DNA of 16,062 bases from Candidatus Heimdallarchaeota archaeon (GCA_016840095.1 JAEOSZ010000123.1:1-16062); one strand, 5' to 3'. Positions 1-7,436 are shown, numbered from the stretch's first letter. Program-made: numbers and translations. Notes: generated by a model not told the origin, from the letters alone.

Positions 1-578
1 AAAGAAGAAGCTGTTTCTGTATCAGCAGTAACTCCAGCTTGTCCTTTCATCTTAGCTAGTATAGTTCGAATCTTTTCTGTATATTCTGCAACATTCATGA
101 TTCCTACAATTCTTTGTTCAGGATGAGCTTGTTGGGGACCTTGTCCTGCTGTTTCGATGATAATAGCTCCAAAATTATCTCCACCAATCATCCTGTGGAG
201 TAAACCTCTTCTCATCACAAAATTTGTAACATTCCGATAAGGAACAATTTTAGTCTTTTTAGTTATGAACCCTCTATTTACTATTATTTCCTGGGTTGTC
301 AAACTATAGTTTAATGCGTTGAAATATGGAAAGGTAAATATGATTAGAATAATACAGATTGGTAGACTACCACCGATCACTGTCAAGCTATATTCTAGCC
401 ATCCAAATTTAGTAGACATAGGAATAGCGATTAAACTTGCCCAGAGAGTTATCAAGCTAGCTAGAAATATAAGCACAACCTGAGTTATTAAAATGGTTTT
501 ATATTTCTTATGAGGTTTGAAAGTTTCTAACACTTTTTGATCCCCAATCTTAATAGGTTTTAATTTTTCTTTTGACAT
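1..578 (-). CDS. bPH_2/YdbS-like membrane protein (2 TM + bacterial PH domain), 3' end runs off the window; absent from the ORF track
   Basis: Manual translation from ATG at 578 (GGAGA RBS upstream): MSKEKLKPIKIGDQKVLETFKPHKKYKTILITQVVLIFLASLITLWASLIAIP...LNYSLTTQEIIVNRGFITKKTKIVPYRNVTNFVMRRGLLHRMIGGDNFGAIIIETAGQG... Open to position 1. The motif pattern is typical of bPH_2 and matches the C-terminal half of 712..1656. Confidence 0.88.
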   Translation of the reverse strand, partial: MSKEKLKPIKIGDQKVLETFKPHKKYKTILITQVVLIFLASLITLWASLIAIPMSTKFGWLEYSLTVIGGSLPICIILIIFTFPYFNALNYSLTTQEIIVNRGFITKKTKIVPYRNVTNFVMRRGLLHRMIGGDNFGAIIIETAGQGPQQAHPEQRIVGIMNVAEYTEKIRTILAKMKGQAGVTADTETASS

Positions 579-609
579 CTCTTTTCTCCAAGGAGATATT
601 AGTATCCTA

Positions 610-655
610 TTTAATAAACAATTTTGAAAAGAAAAATTGTCAAAGTATTCATAAG
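610..655. promoter_or_regulatory. Back-to-back TATA-like elements flanking an 8-bp inverted repeat (candidate operator)
   Basis: Minus-strand TTTATTAAA at 618-610. ACAATTTT-N7-AAAATTGT at 618-640. Weaker plus-strand CAAAG-TATTCATAAG at 641-655. Confidence 0.45.
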
Positions 656-711
656 CATCTTATCCCCAAATATTAATGAAGGGCAAATTCATTTGATTAT
701 GAGGAAGAAAG

Positions 712-1656
712 ATGTTAGTCTCTGATTTAACTATAGAATCTGAGTGGGTATTGAAAGCAGTTTCCCACAAACTTCGTAGAAGAATTCTCAATCTAGTTTA
801 TGATTATACATTTCTTAGTTATACTGATTTATTGAGAGAACTAAGCCTAACTACAGGTAAATTGAATTTCCATCTTAAACAATTAACTGGTTTAATTGAC
901 AAACATGATGATGGAGCTTATAGATTAACTCCAATAGGCAATAAAGCTCTAGAAATTCTTAACCAAGTAAATACTATAAGTGAAGATGAAGAACAAGTTA
1001 ATTATTTTCAGTCCTTACAACTAGGATTATCTCTAAAGGAATTTCAACCAGGTGTAGAAGCAAAAAGAGCCAATTATTTAGCTCTTTCAATTTATCTTAC
1101 TTTCTTCTTGTGGTTGCCAACTGTTATTGTAACTGGAATAGTAGATTTTTCTTTATTCGGACTTCTAGCAAGTAATCCTGCAGTCTATCTTCGCAAAATC
1201 CTCAATACAAGTATCTTCACAGTTTTGTTTTTGATATTATTAGTTTTTACTTTCTTTTTTGTGAAGAAATACATCGAATCAATTAACTACGAAATTCTTG
1301 ATACAGAATTTATCATACAGAAGGGTATTATTACCAAAAAAAGAATAGTTATACCCTATCGTACGATTACGAATCTTGTAATCAAAAGGAACCCCTTTGA
1401 TCGTTTATTTGGTATTTCAAAAGTATTAATTCAAACTGCTGGAGAATCTGGAACCAATAATCCTGAAGGTCGAGTAATAGGTGTATACTACCCCCATGAT
1501 TTACTTGAAGAAATACTAAATTTGGTACGTCTTCTAGATCCTCCAATCTATCTAAGAGAGAAAATACCAATATCAGTAACTCCTGCAGCTATTAGAAATC
1601 TCTATTCCAAAATACTAAATCAACTCAAACAAATTGATGAGAAACTTAGCGAATAG
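712..1656 (+). CDS. ArsR-like winged-helix regulator fused to 2 TM helices and a bPH_2/YdbS domain
   Basis: N-terminus has LKAVSHKLRRRILNLV...LSYTDLLRELSLTTGKLNFHLKQLTGLI...YRLTPIG (wHTH). Two hydrophobic segments follow. C-terminus has YEILDTEFIIQKGIITKKRIVIPYRTITNLVIKRNPFDRLFGISKVLIQTAG (bPH_2). GAGGA RBS upstream. Confidence 0.88.
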   Translation: MLVSDLTIESEWVLKAVSHKLRRRILNLVYDYTFLSYTDLLRELSLTTGKLNFHLKQLTGLIDKHDDGAYRLTPIGNKALEILNQVNTISEDEEQVNYFQSLQLGLSLKEFQPGVEAKRANYLALSIYLTFFLWLPTVIVTGIVDFSLFGLLASNPAVYLRKILNTSIFTVLFLILLVFTFFFVKKYIESINYEILDTEFIIQKGIITKKRIVIPYRTITNLVIKRNPFDRLFGISKVLIQTAGESGTNNPEGRVIGVYYPHDLLEEILNLVRLLDPPIYLREKIPISVTPAAIRNLYSKILNQLKQIDEKLSE

Positions 1657-1807
1657 TTTTCCATTAATTCAGTATGAAGAACTAATAGACATATCTACTT
1701 TAATGATAGTATTTCTAGATTTTTGTTCAAGTTTTTAATTTCATACAAAATGCAAAGTTTGCTATCTCCCCAATAAGTATAATAACTCAGAGTATAATCA
1801 TTACTAC

Positions 1808-2038
1808 ATGAATACGGAAGAAAAACCCACAACAGTAATTATAGAAAAAGATGAGCATGGTCATGATGTAGAAAAAACCGTTGGATTGCCAGATTCATTT
1901 GATACAAGAGTGATTATAGGGAAGTTGGATAGAATTCATTACAAACTTCAGAGTTTCAAGAATCTCTTTAACTTAATGGCTATAATGATTTTCATTATTA
2001 TGGTAATGCTTGGAGTTTTTGTTTCACAAGTGCTTTGA
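1808..2038 (+). CDS. Small tail-anchored membrane protein of unknown function (76 aa)
   Basis: Fills the intergenic gap. Hydrophilic N-terminus, amphipathic helix IIGKLDRIHYKLQSFKNLF and a single C-terminal TM segment. Confidence 0.7.
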   Translation: MNTEEKPTTVIIEKDEHGHDVEKTVGLPDSFDTRVIIGKLDRIHYKLQSFKNLFNLMAIMIFIIMVMLGVFVSQVL

Positions 2039-2060
2039 AGAAATTTTGAAGAAATTTTGA
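2034..2060 (+). repeat. 11-bp tandem duplication TTTGAAGAAAT x2.5
   Basis: TTTGAAGAAAT TTTGAAGAAAT TTTGA, overlapping the stop codon at 2036-2038. Confidence 0.8.
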
Positions 2061-2115
2061 GAAAACAATGCAAAAGACTTACTAATCTCAAGTACCTAGA
2101 ATTCTTAGAGCATTT

Positions 2116-3633
2116 ATGGGGAAACCAAAAATAATCATCATCGGAGCTGGATTAGGTGGATTATCTACTGGGATCTATGCACAATTGAACGGTTATGAAA
2201 CAGTAATTTATGAGAAAAATCCTGTTCCTGGAGGTCTCGCTGCCTGTTGGAAAAGAAAGGATTACCTTATTGATGGTGGAATTCATTTTTTGACAGGACA
2301 TAAGCCTGGTCTTAATCTTTATCGTGTTTTCGAAGAGGTAGGTGTTCATAAGGCAGAATATGTTGATATAGAAACATATGCACGATATATTGATGAGAGG
2401 AGCGGAATTAAGGTTGATATCTCAGCAGATTTAGATAAGTTTCATTCTGATCTTCTTAGACTCTTTCCAGATGATCAAAGGATTATAAATAAATTCATTA
2501 AATCAACTCGAGGTATGAGTAAAACTGATATCAGTGAGTTTGGTTTTAAAGAACCCATGGAACTTATGAAAACCAAAGATTGGATAAAGGAATTCTGGCA
2601 AAACAGAAAAGCACTCAAGTATTTCATTGGCAAATCAATGAAACCAGTTAGTGAATATGTCAAGAAAGTGAAGAATCCTATACTAAAAGAACTATTTCTT
2701 TACATGTTTCTACCAACAGTTCCTGTTGCTTTTCTCTGGATGGTTCTTAGCTTTGTAGCTCAAAACCAGATGGGACTACTGGCAAAGGGTTCTATTGATT
2801 TCGCCCAAAAAATGGAAGACAGATATCTAGAACTTGGGGGAAAAATAGAGTATAAATCCAAGGTTACAGATATACTTGTAGAAGATGATACAGCTGTTGG
2901 AATAAAACTAGAAGATAGTATAGTTCATAACTCTGATTTTGTAGTTTCAGCAATAGATGGAAGAACAGTAATCTATGATATCTTAGACGGAGTTTATACT
3001 AATGAAAAAATCAACAAAATCTATAGTGAATGGAAAACAGTTGATCCTTTTGTGAGTGTTAGTTTGGGAGTTGATATGGAGTTTAAAGATGAAGTCTGGA
3101 TGACTTTTTTCAAATCAACTGATTCAGTTACAATTGCTGAAGAAGAAATAGATAATATTATGATCCGTTTCTTCAATTACAGTCCACATTTTGCACCTAA
3201 AGGTAAAACAGTCATTCAAGTTGATTTCGAAACAGAATGGGAGTACTGGTTTGTTTTAAGAGACGACATGAAGGAGTATAATAGTGTTAAGAAGAAACTT
3301 GCAGAAGAGACAATAGAATGGTTAGAGAAAAGATATCCCGGAATAAATAACAATATAGAGGTTATAGATGTAGCTACACCTTATACATACTGGAGATATA
3401 CATTAAATGAGAGAGGTGCATATATGGGGTTCTTACCTACATCTGATGCATTTACCACAACTGTTGAAAAGAGATTGCCTGGGTTAAAAAACTTCTACAT
3501 GGCTGGTCAATGGTCAATGTCTATGGGTGGAGTGCAACCAGTAATTTATTCAGGAAAACATGTGATACAGCTGTTGTGTCATGATGAAGGCAAAGAATTT
3601 GTAACAAATAATAGGGTTCGAAGAAGTAATTAA
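2116..3633 (+). CDS. FAD-dependent oxidoreductase, phytoene dehydrogenase-like (COG1233) family
   Basis: Rossmann motif IIIIGAGLGGL...YEKNPVPGG, IDGGIH, VIDVATPYTYWRYTLNERGAYMG and NFYMAGQW...GGV...SG; 505 aa. Confidence 0.9.
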   Translation: MGKPKIIIIGAGLGGLSTGIYAQLNGYETVIYEKNPVPGGLAACWKRKDYLIDGGIHFLTGHKPGLNLYRVFEEVGVHKAEYVDIETYARYIDERSGIKVDISADLDKFHSDLLRLFPDDQRIINKFIKSTRGMSKTDISEFGFKEPMELMKTKDWIKEFWQNRKALKYFIGKSMKPVSEYVKKVKNPILKELFLYMFLPTVPVAFLWMVLSFVAQNQMGLLAKGSIDFAQKMEDRYLELGGKIEYKSKVTDILVEDDTAVGIKLEDSIVHNSDFVVSAIDGRTVIYDILDGVYTNEKINKIYSEWKTVDPFVSVSLGVDMEFKDEVWMTFFKSTDSVTIAEEEIDNIMIRFFNYSPHFAPKGKTVIQVDFETEWEYWFVLRDDMKEYNSVKKKLAEETIEWLEKRYPGINNNIEVIDVATPYTYWRYTLNERGAYMGFLPTSDAFTTTVEKRLPGLKNFYMAGQWSMSMGGVQPVIYSGKHVIQLLCHDEGKEFVTNNRVRRSN

Positions 3634-4046
3634 TAATCTAAACTTCTCCCACAATTGGTACATATCTTAACTTCTTCCTGAGAAGCTCCACAATAACTAC
3701 AAAAAACAGTTTTCTGTTTAAGTTTTTTAGCTGGAACAAAGTCTTTTCCCTCTTCTAGAAGACCTGTTTCAAAATATTCTCTATTATGTTGGTCCGTTCT
3801 ATATTCGAATGTCCTTGAAGTTTTCTGAATTCGTGTTCTGGGTAAAAAGAAAACTCCCGCAATAAACAAGAGGACAATACCTCCTATAACTGCTATTATT
3901 ATCCATATGGATGAGTCAGTTATTGTACCATATCTGTACCAAAGGAAAAAACCAATACCTAAGAGTAATATCAACCCTGCAGAAATACCCTTGATTACAT
4001 TCAATCTTCTATTACTTTCCATCTTAGAAAATAAGACTTGGGACAT
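3630..4046 (-). CDS. Two-TM membrane protein with C-terminal zinc ribbon
   Basis: Two hydrophobic helices, a soluble linker and CSYCG-x7-CTNCG at the C-terminus. Its stop overlaps the convergent stop of 2116..3633. Confidence 0.82.
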   Translation of the reverse strand: MSQVLFSKMESNRRLNVIKGISAGLILLLGIGFFLWYRYGTITDSSIWIIIAVIGGIVLLFIAGVFFLPRTRIQKTSRTFEYRTDQHNREYFETGLLEEGKDFVPAKKLKQKTVFCSYCGASQEEVKICTNCGRSLDY

Positions 4047-4094
4047 TAATAAAATATACTAAAAAAATAGTAAAAAAAATTAGATTGAATAATT

Positions 4095-4277
4095 CTACTT
4101 CTCAGAAGCTGGTATTCCACCTACTCCCCATCGATCTTTTGGATATTCTTGAATTAGTACTCTAACAGTTTCGGGTTTGGAACCTTGATTAACAAAAACT
4201 TCAGTAATTCCTTTGATTATATCTTTTATTTGTTCTTCTGTTCTACCTTTCCACATTTTTACTTCTACTACTGGCAT
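4095..4277 (-). CDS. 4-oxalocrotonate tautomerase family protein
   Basis: Catalytic Pro-1 after Met, GRTEEQ, VRVLIQE and WGVGG; 60 aa. GAGG RBS 7 nt upstream. Confidence 0.93.
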   Translation of the reverse strand: MPVVEVKMWKGRTEEQIKDIIKGITEVFVNQGSKPETVRVLIQEYPKDRWGVGGIPASEK

Positions 4278-4292
4278 GAATTTTCCTCATTT

Positions 4293-4796
4293 TCAATATT
4301 TTTCATAATGAACTAAATCTTCTAGTTCTTTTCTTCCTCTAGTTGGTTCTTCGTTAGCATATCCTGTAGCTACTAAACCTAAAACATTGAGATGATCTGG
4401 AACACCAAGGAGTTCTTTAATTTCTGGTTCTAAAGATGCACCTATAACTCCAGCCCAACATGTACCTAAGCCCAAACTATGAGCTTCTATCATATACTGC
4501 ATTGTTGCTAATGCTGTATCAGACATGTGGTATTTTTGATGTACTTCAGGATTAGTTAGAGGGACGAAAACTACTGGACTTTCAGAAACAAACTTAGCAT
4601 AAGGATGAATCTCTGAAAGTTTCATTCTTGTTTTCTCATCAGTAACAATCAAAAACTCCCATGGTTGTTTGTTTGAGGCTGATGGCGCCCATCTAGCAGC
4701 TTCTAAACACTTTTGAATCTTTTCCTCTTCTACAGGTTTGTTCTTGTATTTCCTAATACTTCTTCGAGATTTTAATAAATCTAAAGCGTCATTCAT
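4293..4796 (-). CDS. Nitroreductase family (FMN) protein
   Basis: RRSIRKY, APSASNKQPWEF, AHSLGLGTCW and GY motifs. TTTTTAAA TATA-like box about 30 nt upstream. Probably co-transcribed with the tautomerase (15-nt gap). Confidence 0.95.
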   Translation of the reverse strand: MNDALDLLKSRRSIRKYKNKPVEEEKIQKCLEAARWAPSASNKQPWEFLIVTDEKTRMKLSEIHPYAKFVSESPVVFVPLTNPEVHQKYHMSDTALATMQYMIEAHSLGLGTCWAGVIGASLEPEIKELLGVPDHLNVLGLVATGYANEEPTRGRKELEDLVHYEKY

Positions 4797-4971
4797 ATAA
4801 ATTCAGAATAAAGAAAGAAGTGTATTTTAAAAAGGTATTTCATTTCACAATACTTATTCACAAAAATATCAAGAAACTATAAATATCCCTTCAAACATAA
4901 AACAACTATTCAAATTTTATAAAATTCATTTTTTTTCGATTGAGTTAAAGAATTGAAAAAAGGTTTGAAAC

Positions 4972-6708
4972 ATGAAAAGCAAAAAATTATTTTATATGTT
5001 TAATATTCTTATTCTATATTGTTTGATAAGTGCTCTTACCACCTTTAATGCAGATGCTCTCAAGGATGAGAATCAAAAGAATTACAATATCAGTACAATA
5101 GACAGATCTTCTTGGGCTTGGACAGGACCTCAAATAATTTCCTCTGAAAGTGATATGGGTTCATTTAAACCTCAAATAGTAAATGATGAAGAAGGCAATC
5201 TCTATTGTGTTTGGGATGACAATTCAGGTATTCTAGGTTCAGGCAATGATTGGGATATTCTGTTTAAGCGATGGGATGCTGATACTTTTGAATGGAGTCT
5301 TACAGAAGTAATATCAACAGAAAGTGTAAATGATTCTACTAACCCCTTCATAACAATAGACTCAATTGGAAACATCTATTGTGTATGGGAAGACGATTCA
5401 GATTACTTAGGAGCTGAAGAAGATGATGACATATTCTTCAAGTTCTGGAATTCCACAATCTCTTCATGGACAACTACAGAAGTAGTTTCTACTGAAAGTA
5501 CAGCTAATTCTCAAAATCCAGTATTAGGTTTCGATAAATATGGTATATTCTATATAGCATGGCACGATAACACTCCTATTCTAAGTTCTAATACAGATGC
5601 TGATATATTCTTAAAACGATGGACATCTTTAAATGGAACTTTCGGTCCAACTGAACTTGTTTCCACAGAAAGCAATGGTTTTTCCTTTAAACCCTATATT
5701 ATTGTAGATCCTGAAGGTCACTTCTTTTTAACTTGGCAGGACAATACTAATTATTTAAGCGCAGGTACCGATTACGATATATTCTTCAAAGCTTGGAATT
5801 ATACTGGTTATACCTGGTCATCAGCAATAGTGATATCAACTCAAAGTACTCTTGATGCTTGGACTCCTACTATGGTACAGGATTCGAATTATGATATTCA
5901 CTTTGCATGGAGTGATACTACAGACTATTATGGTACAGCTGGATCTGATAGAGATATCTGCTACAGAAAGATGATTTATGAAACCTCATTTCTGACAAGT
6001 ACTGAAGTCATATCAGTCGTCAGTACTGATATATCAGAAGCTCCTTCTTTGACAATAGATAGTGAAAACAATCTGTATTTAGCCTGGAGTGACCCCACAG
6101 ATTATGATTCAGCTGGAACAGATGTTGATATTTTCTACTGTTATAAAGATGCAACATATGGACTTTGGAGTACAATTGAAGTAATCTCTTCAGAAAGCAC
6201 AATTCACTCACAACAACCTATTTTGCTATTAGATCCCAGTGGAGTTATCCAACTAGTATGGAGTGATGGAACAAATCTATATTCTTCAGGGAGTGATTAT
6301 GATATATTTTACAAATACTTTTCTGGTCCACCTGAAGAGCCAGAGTTAGCTTATATTGTTCCTAACCCTACTGACTCTAATTCCATAATCCTAGATTGGA
6401 GTAATGTTTCTTGGTCATTTGAATACTTTGTCTATAGATCCGACTCTTACATCTGGACTGTTGAAGACCTTACTCCTATTGCTACTTTAACTACTAGTTA
6501 CTATGTTGACACTCTCTCTGCTGAAGGCTACTTCTACTATGTAATTGTAGCTGGAAACGCAGCTGGAAACAGTTCTCGGTCTAACTGTGAATATGTGGAA
6601 TACAGACTCTCACATGTGGGTGAATATACAATTGTAACAAGTATACTACTTGCTACTTTGATTACATCAATCGTATTTTTCAGAATCAAGAAAAGAAAAC
6701 TTGACTAG
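4972..6708 (+). CDS. Membrane-anchored surface (glyco)protein: signal peptide, seven ~58-aa repeats (predicted beta-propeller), FN3-like domain, C-terminal TM
   Basis: Seven copies of (T)EV(I/V)STES...P.h..D..G.hY..W.D........D.DIF.K. FN3-like segment IILDWS...EYFVYRS...YYVD...YYVIVAGNAAGNSSRSN. TM followed by KKRK. Seven N-X-S/T sequons. Confidence 0.85.
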   Translation: MKSKKLFYMFNILILYCLISALTTFNADALKDENQKNYNISTIDRSSWAWTGPQIISSESDMGSFKPQIVNDEEGNLYCVWDDNSGILGSGNDWDILFKRWDADTFEWSLTEVISTESVNDSTNPFITIDSIGNIYCVWEDDSDYLGAEEDDDIFFKFWNSTISSWTTTEVVSTESTANSQNPVLGFDKYGIFYIAWHDNTPILSSNTDADIFLKRWTSLNGTFGPTELVSTESNGFSFKPYIIVDPEGHFFLTWQDNTNYLSAGTDYDIFFKAWNYTGYTWSSAIVISTQSTLDAWTPTMVQDSNYDIHFAWSDTTDYYGTAGSDRDICYRKMIYETSFLTSTEVISVVSTDISEAPSLTIDSENNLYLAWSDPTDYDSAGTDVDIFYCYKDATYGLWSTIEVISSESTIHSQQPILLLDPSGVIQLVWSDGTNLYSSGSDYDIFYKYFSGPPEEPELAYIVPNPTDSNSIILDWSNVSWSFEYFVYRSDSYIWTVEDLTPIATLTTSYYVDTLSAEGYFYYVIVAGNAAGNSSRSNCEYVEYRLSHVGEYTIVTSILLATLITSIVFFRIKKRKLD

Positions 6709-6734
6709 TCTCAGGACTAGTTCTTTTTTTTTTT
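6703..6734 (+). terminator. Hairpin plus long T-tract terminator
   Basis: ACTAGTC-TCAG-GACTAGT (6704-6721) overlapping the TAG stop, followed by an 11-T run (6724-6734). Confidence 0.7.
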
Positions 6735-6797
6735 CAAAACTAAAGTGTTCTTAGATAAGCTCTTATTTTTATGATGACAACCAACATATTACTGTTT

Positions 6798-7106
6798 CTA
6801 GTTTTTCTCTGATCTAACTTGTTTGAGACAAATTTTACAATAAACAGGTCTAATTCCATCAGGTTTGAAAGGAACTCTTATGGTTTTTTCACATCTTGAA
6901 CATTCAGCTGTGTGGAAGTAAGTAGGTTTTTTTCTTGATCTATCATAATTGGGTCTTTTTTGTCCAGTCCTAACATTATTTCTTGTATATGGTTTACTTT
7001 CACTCCTTTGATGAGGTTTTGTATTTGTATTTTGATAACTCCTTCTTGAGTCATTTGATCTCTCATTTTGAGTTCTTTTTGTGGTTTCTCTTTTTACTTC
7101 TGTCGT
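6798..7106 (-). CDS. CxxC-x17-CxxC zinc-finger protein with disordered Arg/Lys-rich N-terminus (102 aa), putative ACG start; absent from the ORF track
   Basis: Manual translation: (M)TEVKRETTKRTQNERSNDSRRSYQNTNTKPHQRSESKPYTRNNVRTGQKRPNYDRSRKKPTYFHTAECSRCEKTIRVPFKPDGIRPVYCKICLKQVRSEKN*. Exactly 17 residues separate the CxxC pairs, with the family signature VPFKP..RPVYC. There is no in-frame ATG/GTG/TTG after the upstream TGA at 7115-7113. Confidence 0.88.
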   Translation of the reverse strand, partial: TTEVKRETTKRTQNERSNDSRRSYQNTNTKPHQRSESKPYTRNNVRTGQKRPNYDRSRKKPTYFHTAECSRCEKTIRVPFKPDGIRPVYCKICLKQVRSEKN

Positions 7107-7174
7107 GTGTTTTCACCTTTTATAATTTTTAAATTAAAAAAAATAAAGATTGAAAGGAATTCGGAATTGGTTTG

Positions 7175-7192
7175 AAAGACTAATTAGTCTTT
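7175..7192. repeat. Perfect 18-bp palindrome
   Basis: AAAGACTAATTAGTCTTT, spanning the stop codon of the 23-aa ORF. Confidence 0.85.
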
Positions 7193-7251
7193 TTCTTTGT
7201 TGGAGCTTTAGTTGTTGAAGTTTTCTTCTTTGTTGACTTCTTCTTTGCCAT
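7180..7251 (-). CDS. 23-aa lysine-rich micropeptide MAKKKSTKKKTSTTKAPTKKKTN
   Basis: ATG at 7251 preceded by GAGGA-ATAAAT (RBS at good spacing). 10 Lys and no acidic residues. Collinear with both neighbouring small ORFs. Confidence 0.68.
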   Translation of the reverse strand: MAKKKSTKKKTSTTKAPTKKKTN

Positions 7252-7289
7252 ATTTATTCCTCAAATCAATCTTTTATCTTCCAGTCGAC

Positions 7290-7436
7290 TTATGATGCTT
7301 CCTCAGGATAATCGTCATAATATGAATCTTCTTCAAAATCTTCATATTCTTCAAATTCATCATATTCTTCGTCATCCCATTTTTCGTCATACCATTCTTC
7401 TTTTTCGACTAGCTTATTTTTATCTCTTGGATCCAT
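7290..7436 (-). CDS. 48-aa hyper-acidic, aromatic-rich microprotein
   Basis: MDPRDKNKLVEKEEWYDEKWDDEEYDEFEEYEDFEEDSYYDDYPEEAS*: 24/48 D/E and 10 W/Y/F. GAGGT RBS 9 nt upstream. Strong GAN codon periodicity. Confidence 0.75.
   Translation of the reverse strand: MDPRDKNKLVEKEEWYDEKWDDEEYDEFEEYEDFEEDSYYDDYPEEAS

Noticed and set aside
1776-1798. AGTATAAT direct repeat resembling bacterial -10 boxes
   Set aside because: Only 8 bp of AT-rich sequence with no matching -35, and the other promoters in the window are archaeal-type. Likely chance.
2116-3633. Calling this crtI / carotenoid biosynthesis
   Set aside because: Only family-level motifs are visible, and there is no phytoene synthase or other crt gene in the window.
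6878-7066. ORF-track 62-aa ORF (MRDQMTQ...) and a possible -1 frameshift at A-AAA-AAC into the CxxC frame
   Set aside because: It is an alternative frame of the CxxC-x17-CxxC gene. The ACG frame already supplies the low-complexity basic N-terminus expected for that family and has a better RBS, and no stimulatory structure was evident. The frameshift is not formally excluded.
6862-7178. Several TTGAAAG motifs resembling archaeal CRISPR repeat ends
   Set aside because: Only 7-9 bp match, spacing is irregular, one copy lies inside a CDS, and there are no full-length repeats or cas genes.
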